In this document: positions 13,936-28,303 of the stretch, piece after piece
How the letters are laid out: each line of letters begins with the position of its first letter
How positions within the stretch are numbered: position 1 is the stretch's first letter
Assembly: GCF_001194135.2 (NCBI RefSeq)
Contig: NC_068985.1
Span: 37,889,419-37,953,418 of the forward strand
Direction of reading: 5' to 3'
Origin: Octopus bimaculoides
Lineage: Eukaryota
Length of the DNA: 64,000 nucleotides
Made by a program: the position numbers and the translations under genes
The notes under the pieces: model-generated
What the model saw: the letters and a program-made list of their open reading frames with translations, nothing else
The model's database searches: none
Told to the model about the DNA's origin: nothing

Positions 13936-15510
13936 TGACCTCGATCTTTCTGTAGAAAGTAGTCTGCCAGTCTACTATCACTGTCTTGAAATACGCTTAT
14001 CTTAGCCTATATCTTATTAAACGTATGTAATTACGCCATGTTGATGTTTAACCCATGTCACGACAATATCGTATTATTTTTTCCTTATACCGAAGAATAC
14101 ATTGTCCCACGAGCCCTACTTTTCTAAAAACTCTATTTGATATGTGCAAATATTAGATAATCATTCTTCAGTTCCTATTGTCCTACTCACCAGTTTGTTT
14201 TAAACATGTCAACTAAAACTTTACCCAGAAATAAACAAATGTTTAACAAGCCAAATATCTCCAGACAGCTAGTCCCTCTTCAGTTCAAGACGCCACTCAC
14301 AGCCCTTTCCTCTTTCCATATATTTATTCTAATTTTATAAAAGAGATGTCACCCTTGCCACTCAATCGCCAATAATTTTCCTGTTTATTTTTCCCCTCTT
14401 AAGTTTTGTCAATTTTAATAAAGAAAAGCAATAATAATAATAATAATAATAATGAAATAGAACTTTCCAGGAAAAAAAAAAAAAAAAGTTGCTTCACACT
14501 TGCTCGACTTTGATGATCAAATTTCCTCACTTCACGGACATTTTATGTTCAACTGGAGTCGACAGTTTGCGCTTCTTCTTGACAATTGTAGTAGAAGTGA
14601 AAAATTCCCGTCTCGAAGAAAATGCTGCAAGTTCAAATACTATAAAGAATGCAAATAAATACCATATATTGTTATTTTTAATTTGTATTTTGCATGTCTT
14701 TTTTTCTTTCAATTGCTCCCCCAATCCTTGCTTTCTTAATTTTGTATTTCGCATTTAAAGTAATTATTATTATTTTTTTTATTTTCTTCTCTTTNNNNNN
14801 NNNNNNNNNNNNNNNNNNNNNNNNNNNNNNNNNNNNNNNNNNNNNNNNNNNNNNNNNNNNNNNNNNNNNNNNNNNNNNNNNNNNNNNNNNNNNNNNNNNN
14901 NNNNNNNNNNNNNNNNNNNNNNNNNNNNNNNNNNNNNNNNNNNNNNNNNNNNNNNNNNNNNNNNNNNNNNNNNNNNNNNNNNNNNNNNNNNNNNNNNNNN
15001 NNNNNNNNNNNNNNNNNNNNNNNNNNNNNNNNNNNNNNNNNNNNNNNNNNNNNNNNNNNNNNNNNNNNNNNNNNNNNNNNNNNNNNNNNNNNNNNNNNNN
15101 NNNNNNNNNNNNNNNNNNNNNNNNNNNNNNNNNNNNNNNNNNNNNNNNNNNNNNNNNNNNNNNNNNNNNNNNNNNNNNNNNNNNNNNNNNNNNNNNNNNN
15201 NNNNNNNNNNNNNNNNNNNNNNNNNNNNNNNNNNNNNNNNNNNNNNNNNNNNNNNNNNNNNNNNNNNNNNNNNNNNNNNNNNNNNNNNNNNNNNNNNNNN
15301 NNNNNNNNNNNNNNNNNNNNNNNNNNNNNNNNNNNNNNNNNNNNNNNNNNNNNNNNNNNNNNNNNNNNNNNNNNNNNNNNNNNNNNNNNNNNNNNNNNNN
15401 NNNNNNNNNNNNNNNNNNNNNNNNNNNNNNNNNNNNNNNNNNNNNNNNNNNNNNNNNNNNNNNNNNNNNNNNNNNNNNNNNNNNNNNNNNNNNNNNNNNN
15501 NNNNNNNNNN

Positions 15511-15559
<49 letters not shown>

Positions 15560-16196
15560 AAACACACACGCACATACACACCGAGGAAGGGGAAGGAAAC
15601 TGCGCAACGTTATAATGACGGACGTATTCTGCTTAAATTCCGCGTGGTATTTACTTTCCTATAACAGCCATTTATGCCTTTATATCAAAATTGAAATGGA
15701 TTGGCGTCAACTCTTGTTTTCCACATTCACGGGTTAATAAGTTAAATACCAGTCATATATTGAGGGGCAATTATATCTAGCATACCCTCCGCTCGAGGAT
15801 TTGTATTTCTACCAAGCTTAGAAACAAATCTCGGAAAATGTAGAGAAATATGTGAATAGTGGCGAAAATTAATTAACTCAAAGTAGTCATTCATGATTAT
15901 GCCGAATTCTCGCACGAGTTTTGCCCTGAAAATATTTCGTCTGGTATGTTATTTAACGAATTGCTCATTCATTAGCAAAGCTATTCTGATTGGATAATTC
16001 CAGGAGAATGAGATCGTATTATTTAATTCCTTTCTCCCTCTTTTTATACTCCTTTCTACTCTACAATCTGCACCCCACCACCAACCGTCTGTCATAATTC
16101 TCCCTTCCTTAACCATCTACCATCTCTTTTTTTCCAAGCGCCTTCTCCACTTGCTCAATCTGTCCAGCTTCATTATTAGTTTGCTCCTTCAATCGG

Positions 16197-16250
<54 letters not shown>

Positions 16251-16375
16251 GTCTGTCTCACTGTCTGTCTCTCTGTCTGTCTAACGATGCGTATTGTGTA
16301 TGTGGAGGATAGTGACACATAGACAAATAAACAGAGAGACAGACAGATTGAAAAATACAGATTATATATATATAC

Positions 16376-16425
16376 GGTGGTGCATCAGCATGGCCGCAGC
16401 TCTAAGCTGAAACTTTAAAAAAAAA
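16376..16425 (+). mobile_element. Isolated LINE/SINE-A-type 3' tail in a (TA)n tract
   Basis: GGTGGTGCATCAGCATGGCCGCAGCTCTAAGCTGAAACTTTAAAAAAAAA matches the SINE A tail and the LINE tail at 59041-59097; (TA)n on both sides. Confidence 0.7.
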
Positions 16426-16707
16426 TATATATATATACATATACATATAAAGAAAAACAGTAGGAGAGAGGCAATGTGTATATGTCCGTGTCTACGATTC
16501 TGCGTACGATTGTCGGTCATTTTTTCCGTATCTGAGTTTCTTTCACTTTCCCTCTTGTGCTTTTCTATGAACACATCACTTTTTTCAGTCTGATCGTTCC
16601 TTTTTTCTTTTCTGTTGTCCGTATGCCTCTTATTCTATCTGTGCATTAATGTATTTATTTTTTCTATATGTTTGTTTGTGTGTGGGAGGGTACCTGCGTG
16701 GAGGGAG

Positions 16708-16745
<38 letters not shown>

Positions 16746-17810
16746 TCATACTTGTCTGTCTACTTCCCCCCCTCTATGTCTGCCTATTTCTATGACTTCC
16801 TTCCTGTCCATCTGTTTTCTACAAAATCAATGGTGTTCTTTTCTTCTCTTCTCATCTAGAACNNNNNNNNNNNNNNNNNNNNNNNNNNNNNNNNNNNNNN
16901 NNNNNNNNNNNNNNNNNNNNNNNNNNNNNNNNNNNNNNNNNNNNNNNNNNNNNNNNNNNNNNNNNNNNNNNNNNNNNNNNNNNNNNNNNNNNNNNNNNNN
17001 NNNNNNNNNNNNNNNNNNNNNNNNNNNNNNNNNNNNNNNNNNNNNNNNNNNNNNNNNNNNNNNNNNNNNNNNNNNNNNNNNNNNNNNNNNNNNNNNNNNN
17101 NNNNNNNNNNNNNNNNNNNNNNNNNNNNNNNNNNNNNNNNNNNNNNNNNNNNNNNNNNNNNNNNNNNNNNNNNNNNNNNNNNNNNNNNNNNNNNNNNNNN
17201 NNNNNNNNNNNNNNNNNNNNNNNNNNNNNNNNNNNNNNNNNNNNNNNNNNNNNNNNNNNNNTATATATATAGGAGGTTGACTAAGTCAGGAAGAGACAGA
17301 GAGAAAAAAATATCAAAGAAGGTTGAGAAACGGAGAGAGAAACAGACAGAGACAGAGAGCGCAACATGATAATCAGTGAGAGAGGAGATCAAAGTAAGCC
17401 ACTATTGATTAGTAATTAGATTTGACAAAGAACAAAGAATACTGTAAAAGGCAAGGCTTTGATCGACGGAGGAATCTGTAAGGATTTATACAGAATTTTC
17501 CAAAATGTGTCGCATTTATGCAATGAGTATTGTAACTAGCATCTTGATGATGGGGGGTAGTCTAAGTGATGCAACGGTTAATGATATAATTGATCTTGAA
17601 ACTAACAAGTCTGTCGTATGAGTAAAAATAAAAATACCAGCAATACAAAAGAGAACTAATGAGAGGGTGGTCTGTATGCGTTAGCTCAACCTACTTAAAA
17701 TAGAAGCCAAATGTCCCCCAGATCACACCAGAGTTTGATATAACAAAAAAAAGTAACGAATATTGAATATTGTGATTTTGAGATAAATTATCTCCAATAG
17801 TAATAATAAT

Positions 17811-18030
17811 AGCCCTTTCTCCTGAAGGTACAAGGCCTGAAATTTTGGAGGATAGGGGACTAGTCGAATACGTCGAACCCAGTGTTTCACTGGTACTTAA
17901 TTTATCGACCCCGAAAGGATAAAAGGCAAAGTCTGCCTCGGCAGAATTTGAACTCAGAACGTAGCGACGGGAAAAATACCGCTTAGCATTTCGTCCAGTG
18001 TGCAAATGGTTCTGCCAGCTCGCCGCCCTT
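17811..18030 (-). mobile_element. SINE family B, full-length (cluster copy 1)
   Basis: Complete tail-to-head match, ending GTTCTGCCAGCTCGCCGCC on +. Confidence 0.9.
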
Positions 18031-18031
18031 A

Positions 18032-18081
<50 letters not shown>

Positions 18082-18097
18082 TAATAATAATAATAAT

Positions 18098-18309
18098 CCT
18101 TTCTACTATAGGCACAAGGCCTGACATTTGGGGGAGGGATTAAGTAGATTACATCGACCCCAGTACTCAACTGGTACTTAATTTATCGACCCTGAAAGGA
18201 TGAACGGTAAAGTCAACCTCGACAGAAATTGAACTCCAAACGTGAAGACGGACGAAATAGCGCTAAGAATTTTGTCTGGCGTTCTAACGATTCTATCAGC
18301 TCGCTGCCT
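18098..18309 (-). mobile_element. SINE family B, full-length (cluster copy 2)
   Basis: Same family and orientation, separated from copy 1 by (AAT)n at 18031-18097. Confidence 0.9.
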
Positions 18310-18341
18310 ATAATAATAATCATTATTATTATTATTGTATT

Positions 18342-18646
<305 letters not shown>

Positions 18647-18669
18647 GAAAAAAACCCCAAAAAACAACA

Positions 18670-18742
18670 AGATAGTTGAGGCTGGGTTCGAATGCCTTTC
18701 GGTCTGCTTAATCGAAGGAAAACTGAGGCTGAACAACAACAA
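18670..18742 (+). mobile_element. Repeat family C 3' end with (AAC)n tail
   Basis: GGCTGGGTTCGAATGCCTTTCGGTCTGCTTAATCG...GAGGCTGAACAACAACAAG; reverse-complement similarity to 43482-43556 and 49940-50010. Confidence 0.55.
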
Positions 18743-19401
18743 GAATTATGGATTCAAAGCTTGGCTTAGAGCCACCTATTTTGAAGGAGGTTTTTGATCA
18801 GATTGTATGAGTTGTATGAAATATGTACAGATCGCAATCAGATATTGGATAAAATCGTAGCTATAAGCTGCCTAATTAGCAAGATAAGTTATAGAGAGGA
18901 ATAGATAGACAGATGTCTGCATTTATATATATGTGTACACTCACACACAAACACATACATACATGTATGTATCTTGGTATGTTTGTGTGTGTGTGTGTGT
19001 GTATACATATATACGCATGCACACGCATGAATATATATATATGTATATTTATTGTATTTGTGTACGTGATTGTACAAGAAATATTGTTCATATACATATA
19101 TCAATATTTATGTATGTATATACATACACATCTGCGCATACATAAGCAAATAGACATGAGTGCGTTCATATCTGTATGCATATATGTAAGCATATAGATG
19201 ACGTCATCGAGTGAGTGAGAAAGAAAAAAAAATGAATAAATAAATGAATGAAACCTCAAGAGTGATTGAAGGAGAATAAGCAAGATGACAGTGAAAAATA
19301 AAAAGGAAAATATTATATTATCGGGATGAGTGGGAGAGAGACGAGGAGGAGGATAGAGCGAGACCTCTTGATAGATGTATGTAGATCGGGGCGGGTGTGA
19401 G

Positions 19402-19449
<48 letters not shown>

Positions 19450-20164
19450 CACAGGGCAAGCGAAAACTGAATTTCAGAGAAAAGTAATGATAAAATGATG
19501 GCAGAGATAAAACTGTGTACTTCAAAGATACTTTTTTTTAGAGAACGAAAATTTATTTTGATAAGAATAAATATGACACAAAAATTTATTACAAATGAAA
19601 ATGAATGAATGAATTTAGCAATGCAACAACAACAACTACAGAAGCAAGAATGTGAAATAAAAAGAAATATTTGACCGGACTTGTATTAAGTTTTTAAAGG
19701 CTTTGCTGTTTGAATAGGGAGGAAAAAAATGAAATTACAAGATTGTTGATTAAAGACGATAACAATGAATGAGTAATTCAGAAAATAATGGAACAATTGT
19801 AGGGAGGAAGCAGCGAAAAGAAACAATGTTGAAGAAAGCTTAAAACCGTCGAAAACAATGGCGGATAAAGAATGGGAAAAATAAAACATGAAAATGAGGA
19901 AATTGAAAATCAGAGGTAATATTCAATAGTCTAAAAAGTTGTTTATAGAAAGACGTTTAAATAGACTGTATTGTCGGACATACAGTTTTTACTCTCTTCG
20001 TCGTCCTTACCAATAATGTAACAGTAGTTGTAGTCACTGTCAAATTCTCATTCCTATAGAAATCATACCCTCTTCAATTGTTGTATTAAGAAGCTAAAGT
20101 AGGCCCTACAAACGCTTCATTATATCCCAACACTTGCATTCTATTCCTTTGTTGTTGATTTTTG

Positions 20165-20224
<60 letters not shown>

Positions 20225-21966
20225 GTTGCTGATGTTGTCCTAACGACCATCTGTCAGTCAACTTCTACCAGTCCTCTTCAATCACTGGGCTGATGACTCA
20301 ACCATTCGTTCGTCTCTTAACTATGAAATCCAAACACTCGTTTGTCCGGTCACTGACTTCGAGAGATTCCCCCTTTTAGTTTTTGTGTTTTTTAGCAGAA
20401 GGAAGATGGCGGGAGTAGGGTGTGTATCTATTTATTTATTTGTTGTTTTTTTTCTTTTTATTATGATCCTTGATGTTGCTTACTTACGCTCAATAACAGC
20501 TTCACTCCATATACCACAACCGCTAGCCAATTTTACAACCCTTCATCCCACTTCGAGTTAACTTGCAATCAAGACACGTTCTTTTCTGTTGAAAACCAGG
20601 AATTCACTTATGACCTATTCATCAGATGACTTTTGTTATAAGAGTAACATCCTGAGTATTTCATTTGGAATATGAAAGCCCCTTTTCATGACATCAACAG
20701 AATTTCTTTTGTTTCGTCAAAGCATTACAGAATATTTTTATTCCATTTCTGTTGTTTTATTTTTGTTATTTCCTTTTCTTTTTGTTATTCATAAAGATAT
20801 TTTTTTATGAACGATATTTCTTTACCAATTTCATGACATTTGTTTTGATGTCATTCACTGTTCGGACAAATCTGAAATACCGAAGTTGTGTCTGCTTTAT
20901 TATCTTAAAATTGTATGGAAGCAGGGAGAAAAAGCAAATGAAGTAATAATACCTAAAATCACATTAGAATTTACCACATGGACTCCTCAACAAATTATGC
21001 TGAACGCATTGAGCCCAAGTTTGAATGGTTTATTTTTCTGTCTCAATCAAAATATAAATCTATTGCATTTAGATAATTTGGAAATATTCACCAGCTCAAT
21101 CTTTTTCACGCGACATTCTACCTTAGACTATGTATCCATGACTCAGCCACATTAGAATTATAATTTTTTTCTTCCCTCTTAGTCAAGATAATTGCTCCTT
21201 AAATACAATACGCTTTGAGTCACACTAATAGATTCTTCTTTCTTCACAAAGCGTAAATTCTGTAATAGTGTCTAAGAACAATACTATTATGGTTTTAGTA
21301 CTAAGAAGATAGGAATCTGTGATGTTTATGCCATTCCAAATGGAATTTGTTATACAAGTAAAGTGAATTGTTTCCGATTGCCAATCGAAATACTTGTGGA
21401 TATATTTTATTTGGAATTTCCTTTAGTTAGTAAATGTTTTGAGTTGAATCCATTATTTTGTTTTACTTCATATACTTTGCTTTCATCTAGAACGATCTAC
21501 TGTACTCTTCTAAAATATCTCAAATGTTCTTTGTTGTTCTGCATTTACAAAGAACTACATACAAACAGTAATTTATTAAAAGATGCTACACCTGAAGCCT
21601 AGAGGCTTGAGGCCAAGCCTTTTCCCTTCTGATTAATGTTTCATATGAAAAAATAAATCGCAAGTTATAAGAATGAAATAATGTATTTTCTAAAGTTCGA
21701 TAAACTATATAGAAATTTAAAGCTTTACTGACGTTTCCACGGTTGTTGATGGTGCGGAGTTTTAAATTTACGCTTTAGAATGTGGACCAAATTATTTACT
21801 TTAAATTATAATACTTGATTATCTATGGTGCATATTCAATACTTATAAGTTCGTTTCGCAACCAAATGGCTCCGATATCGTTCCAATTGCGCAGAGGCTT
21901 TAGGCAAATGACTTTCACAGCTTCAGGATGGCATATAACTTGTGTGTGTTTGGAAAAAAGCAACTG

Positions 21967-22007
<41 letters not shown>

Positions 22008-23142
22008 AAGGGAGGGAGAGAGAGAAGGAAAGAGAGAGGGAGATGGATTGATAGATAGATAGATAGAGAGAGAGACGTGGTTTGCAATATAAGCCTTAAT
22101 GAAAAGAACTGGAAAGCCGCTGCTTCTCGAGCAACGGTCCCCATGATATTCAGCCTCAAGTTACAAACACCCTCTTTGTAACGTGTCATCTTGTAGTAAA
22201 TGCACTGCCATAATGTTGACTCATTGCTAACCTGTAGCCATTGACGTTATTGTTCTCATAGGGCGTTACAAAATAATTAAATAAGTTAGAATGGGTGGCA
22301 AAAAAACAAAAAAACAAAAAAAAAACAAAGCAAAAACGTGCGATAACGACTTACTATGATATTCATGCCATGCATTCTGCAATATTGAAGATATAATAGC
22401 GTGAAACAACTGCTATAGCTTAATAACTTTTGCTACTGTGGATAAGCCTTATCTGACTTGCCCAAACAGGCCTATAACACTGAGGTCCCGGATCGATCAA
22501 AGTAACATATCGATCTTTCCAGTCATGACCGTAGTCTGAGTCATATTGCATGTTCATATTTAAATTGCATGCTCTCAGTTCTAACGGGGGATGGGAGATT
22601 TCTTGTGTCGGGCGACTCCATAGAAAATCGTTCATCGCTTCCGCGTAACAAATGTTTGATACACTGATTTGTAGGTGTTCGATAAGAAAAAATAGCTTGT
22701 TGTTGATCAAAGGGGGTGAGACAGGCAATTCATAAAATGTCTAAATAAAAACAGATATGTAATTATTAATGTGTTTCAGACTTACTTTTGACTAGTAAAT
22801 TGTTGAAATAGGTGTGTGTACGCGTGAGCCGGAGAGGTAGCAAATTGATAATATGAAAATTGTCTCATATATGGCAGTTATATGTTACATGCTCGTATGG
22901 AATACTGAACACAAAATTTGCAAAGATACGAACCCTATTATTTAGGTTTTGATAGCATTAGTTTTCAATTAGTCATACTCTTTTATCGATCTTTAAAGGC
23001 CTTTATTTTCAATTACTCATTTTCTCTCATCGATATTTGACCTTTCATTGTTTTTTTCCTCTTGTTTATTCATTTTACTCTGTAATTTAATCAAATAGCT
23101 CTATTTTTTTACTTCTATTTCTCTCTCTCACTATCTCCCTTC

Positions 23143-23182
<40 letters not shown>

Positions 23183-25431
23183 CTTCCGTTCACCCGTTTT
23201 TCCTTTACTTAAATTTATTTTCCTACCCGAAGCATAACTACTGTTGCTCACTTTACCCCTTTCTATCATGTTTCTCCATCTCCATTACTTCCCCACAACT
23301 CTCCTCTCGTTAATATTCCCATACCGAAACTCTTCTTTCTATAAATTTGTCTTTCCCTATCATTTATTGCACTCCAGATTATATTTCTGAGAACTTTCAA
23401 AACCGCAGAAAACAAGTAAAACGCTTCTCTGTGTGATATAGTAATTTTGGAAGAAATTTAGACAGCATTACCTCCAGCAGTCTTCTTCATGATTGTGAAC
23501 GCAGTAAAAAAAAAAAAAAAAAAAAAAAAGAATCAATACATCGAAATTTACATTTAAAGAATGACAATCTTGTTTAAATGTATATGACTAAAATGTATAA
23601 AAGCAAAAATTTTAGAAACGAATCAATCTATCAAAAAGAGAGAAAAAAACAAAAAGAAAAAACAAAACTATAGAGTTAGATTATCAGGGGTCGTTTTAAA
23701 TGATGCAAGTTTTTTTCATCAAATGTATGTCATTTGCATATACATATCTAGTATGTCCGATATATATGCGCGTGAGAGAGATCTAGAGATAAACAGATAG
23801 ATAGATAGATAGATAGAGAAAGAGAGAGAAAGGGAGAGAAAGGGAGAGAAAGGGAGAGAGAGATTGATTATCTTTAAGTGTGGGGATGTTTGATGGTAGG
23901 AATGCTTATGAGCATATTGCTCTCAGTTCCCATTAAAAATTGTTTTTCTTTTTAGTTACTGCTAACGTATACGTGTGTCTTGTTTACCTATTTGCCTAAC
24001 TTGTATTTTATCTATAAATTCAAAAAACATCGAATTCAGTTATTAGCAACTGAGAGTAAATACACGGAGAACGAAATCCGAGATTCTTTCTTTTTTCTTT
24101 TTTGTCTTTTTATTCCTTTACTTCACAGAATATTGCAAAGTCTGTCGAATCTATCCTTGGTCTTGAAATAATAGAGCTATGACACGAAAGTAGACAATAA
24201 GATAGATTCAGCGATGTAAATATACTGCAATTCCGTCTATTTGTGTACCACACAGTGCATTCAGACATGCAATGGTTTATCGTATGGTTTTATATACAGA
24301 AACTGGGTATGTTGCATTTTCTCTTCTACCCTGTCTCTGTGCCTGCAAGATCTATCAAGGAAGGTAAGGTAAGGTAGGCACGGTATGAGCTAAACGTTTG
24401 TTGCCCTTTTATAAATCCCTCTTGTGGTCTAGATCTCTAAACACTAAGAGATACAGAGAGTCTCTTCACGATAACTCCAAGCCAACAAAGAAGTCTATAG
24501 AATGTCTGTCAACCTGCTAGAATTTACAGCTAAATTTTCCTCAAACTACTCACTATCTATTAAAAAGGAGAAAACATATTGAAAAAAGAATATTAATCCC
24601 AAACCTATGCTTCTCCAAAGTTTTCGATAGTGCTGAAGGCAACTTTACGTTGCATTATTTTATAAAAACAAATCCTTACCAAATCAATAGAGCATCAGAT
24701 GGCGATGACCTGTGTTGATTAACACGTTAGTTTTAAAGTATGTCTTCCCGACTCTTGTCCTGCAGTCATTTCCTACCTCATTTAACCTTTGCTGCATAAG
24801 GTTTCAGCTGGTCTTCTACTGCTTTGTTGCTACTTTCTCTGCTCGTGTTTCTTTTTAATCTTTCTTATTTTATTTCATTTCTTTTGTCCGGGTTTCGGAT
24901 TCTATTTGTTAAGTCCTACCTTTTCCTCCTCCTCGTCTTTTCTTTATACGTGTCTATATCTATTTTTCTCTATTTCATACACCCTGTTTTAAGATCAATA
25001 TTTTGCTCATGTATGAGAAGCTGTGACTCATACAATATCATATTTAGTTTTGTTTGATTGGTCGCCTCTTTGTCTGCTTACCTGAATTTCTTTCTACATT
25101 CTTAGCTAAACGTAGTATCAACCTGCCACCATTTATTAGATCAATCTACCCGCACTTAATATATATCTCTCTTTTCTTTTTATGTACATACAGACTGTCG
25201 TACGTACATGCCAATGAATGTATGCGTATATATGTGTGTGTATATATACATGCACGTACAGATATACACACGTACTCGCTCTCTCTCTCTCTTTCGCAAT
25301 TGCTATTGAATATCGTTAAAATTGGTCTTCTGAATAGCTGCTAAAACATCAAGCCTTGTTAAGTTCACTATAACCTCCATGTTTAGCACATCTTTTCTAC
25401 TTCTTTCAGCTTTAATTTTCTCAACAAGCTT

Positions 25432-25436
<5 letters not shown>

Positions 25437-25465
<29 letters not shown>

Positions 25466-25469
25466 TGTA

Positions 25470-25560
<91 letters not shown>

Positions 25561-25586
25561 ATGTATGTGTGTGTGTGTGTGTGTGT
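25437..25586. repeat. Compound (TATG)n/(TG)n microsatellite
   Basis: Direct reading; explains the stacked MYVC ORFs. Confidence 0.95.
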
Positions 25587-25953
25587 ACGTGTTTCATTCT
25601 CAGAATGCCTTATTTCATCAACCTCTTACTAACTTCTTGAATACCTATTTCCCAGTTTGCTTTAATTATTCACGACTTTCAATATATTTTCTTTCTGATT
25701 CCCACACACCACCGTCATCCTTCCTTTTACACATCCCTTTCCTGTGTGTCTAGCATTTTCACTTCCTTTAAGTCTCTCTCCTTCCATCATTCACACATAC
25801 TCTCTCTTTCCTTGGATGGATGACGCTTCCGCTTTGCCATTTCATTGGCGTCTTCTTGGAAGACCGAAATAGCCGTCACGAAATGTTCATTGAGATATTT
25901 CTATGACTAGTATAATTAAGGTATAGACAATTTCGCCACATCAGAACGTATAG

Positions 25954-26155
25954 AGCTGGAAGGAATATCGCAAAGTCTTTCGTGCAACCCTTTAACAATT
26001 CTGCCAATCCATGGCCTTTCACTGGGACTTTAGCACCAATACTGGAAGTATGAAACGCAAAGCTGACACTCAGCGGGATTTGAACTCGGAACGCGAAGAG
26101 CCAGAATATATTCCATAAAATATTTTGCCTGAAGTTCCAATGATTCTAGCAAACT
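25954..26155 (-). mobile_element. Two degenerate SINE B-subfamily head fragments
   Basis: AGAGCTGGAAGGAATATCGCAAAG...AACAATTCTGCCAATCC and GCGGGATTTGAACTCGGAACGCGAAGAGCCAGAA...ATGATTCTAGCAAAC resemble the family B head. Confidence 0.55.
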
Positions 26156-26899
26156 TGTATAACTGTCCTTCCATACTTTATGCATCTATTTCTATGAGTG
26201 CATGCCTGATCCCCTCGTTAAAAAGTTTTCTTCGCGATCACATTGTTTCGGGTTCGATCTTGATACGCGGCTTACAGTTCCACATAAAAACCAAGCTGGT
26301 CCAAGCTTTGTGGCAGAAGATTAAAAGAGAGAATCTGCAAATAAACCCAAGTAAGAAAATGGATATATTTTTGTGTGACACTCTTAATCCATCGCCTTGT
26401 TTTGTAACTTCAGACATTAGCAGAGGTGCAAGCTTCTAAAGCGAAGCTCCGATGTGAGTATAGATAATTCGGCACCATCATGGGCTGCTTGTTACTGTAT
26501 CAACATATGAATGCCATGGTTTCTACTTCACTTTCTTCCGCCAATCTGAGTGAATCTACAGAAACAAAAAGAAAGAGACAAAAAAAAAAAATGGGAAAAG
26601 TGGGGAAAAAAGACGCTGTTGAAGCTAGCTTCATCTTTTGACTAAGCCATCATAATAAGTGTATTATTTAGGCTCAGCAGTAGCAATAAAGGTAAATAAT
26701 TTATCTGAAGATCATAGTGTGATCTGTTGCAAGGATTCAGGATTCGGCTAGGTTTTCGATTTTAGCATATCTGCCTCTCTCTCTTTTCCACTAATCACAG
26801 ACGTCGTATAATAACACGTTATGTGCACTGCCTTCCTTCCTAACAATCCTTTTCTTTTTAAACACTGTTAAAACACCTCATTTTATTCCATTTAGTTAC

Positions 26900-27238
26900 C
26901 TTTTATCTTTTACTTGTTTCAGTCATGGGACTGCGGCCATGCTGGGGCACGGCCTTGACTGTTTTTAGTCAAATGAATGAATTGACCCCAGTATTTCTTT
27001 TTAAGCCCGGTACTTATTCAATTGGTTTCTTTTTGCCTGACCGCTAAGTTACAAGGATACAAACACATCAACACCAGTTGTCAAGTGGTGGTGGTGTGAC
27101 GAGCACACCCACTCATACGACGGGTTTCTCTCAGTTTCCGTCTACCAAATCCATTCATAAGGCTTTTGTCGGTCCGAAGCTATACCAGAAGACACTTGCC
27201 CAATGGTTGAGAAGCAAGCTTCTTACCACACAGCCACA
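26900..27238 (-). mobile_element. SINE family A, B-box region deleted, minimal internal microsatellite
   Basis: Tail, middle and core modules match; head jumps from CTTGCCCAA to TGGTTGAGAAGCAAGCTTCTTACCACACAGCC. Confidence 0.9.
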
Positions 27239-27997
27239 TCTTTCAATAAATTAATATTTCAAGTACAATATTTTCTCAAGCTAACTTTATCCCTTTTTTT
27301 GAGCCTATCTACGTATATTCCTTATAGTAATTGTTTTTGAATTTAACTCAGCCATTTAATTCTGATTCTTACAGTTTTCAGCTACAAAATTCTTTCTCCA
27401 TATCATGATTTTAATTAATTTCTTATCTTTAGTACAGCAGGAGAAATTCTAATCCAATCCTCAAAAGCAACACTGTAAACAATCGCGTTGTCTACATCAT
27501 CATCAACCACGACATATATAGCATGGTTAATACAAACAGTAACAGAAGCAACGAAATTAATAATCATGTGATGTTAAAACCACCATAGCATCATTCACTT
27601 GCTTCCTTCAAGTAAATGAACACCTTTGCTTACGTTACTGAGAAATAAATTTAAAAAAAAAAAAAGAAAAGTAAAAAAAAAAACCGAATTAAATAAGGTA
27701 AAGGAAGAAATATCCGATGGAACTGGCTTAGAAATCCATTTTTAATTACTTCTCTAATGAAATTTGGTCGGTTAATTTATATTTTTAGGGGAGGAGAGAA
27801 AAAATACGGAAATAATGAACGAAATAAAATCGAACTTAAAATACACTATTAAAAGAAATCATCATCGTCATCATCTGCACCATCACCATCACTATCATCC
27901 TCATCCTCACAATCATCATCATCGTCACTAACATTATCCTCGTCATTATCATCATTATTATCATTATTATCATCATCATCATCGTCATTATTATTGT

Positions 27998-28183
27998 GAA
28001 GGCATTGAATTGGCTGACTCGTTAACGTTCCGAGTTCAAGTTACTCCGAGGTCAATTGTAGCCTTCATCATCCTTTCGGGTCGACAAAATAAAGTATCAG
28101 TCAAGAACTGGGGTCCATGTTATTGAATTATCCTCCTCTTCTAAAATGGCTGGCCTCGCAACAAAATTTGAAACAATTATTAC
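27998..28183 (+). mobile_element. Degenerate SINE family B
   Basis: GTTCCGAGTTCAAG...CATCCTTTCGGGGTCGACAAAATAAAGTATCAG...CAAAATTTGAAACAATTATTAC. Confidence 0.75.
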
Positions 28184-28255
28184 TACAATTATTTGGCCCT
28201 AGGAGGAGGGTTTCCTGTACCAGGTGGACTGGACCATACATATACTCGCTTACCT

Positions 28256-28303
<48 letters not shown>

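Noticed and set aside
26125-26439. 104-aa ORF on the plus strand
   Set aside because: It starts inside a SINE B remnant, overlaps a decayed SINE A-like head (about 26221-26320) and has no recognisable domain.
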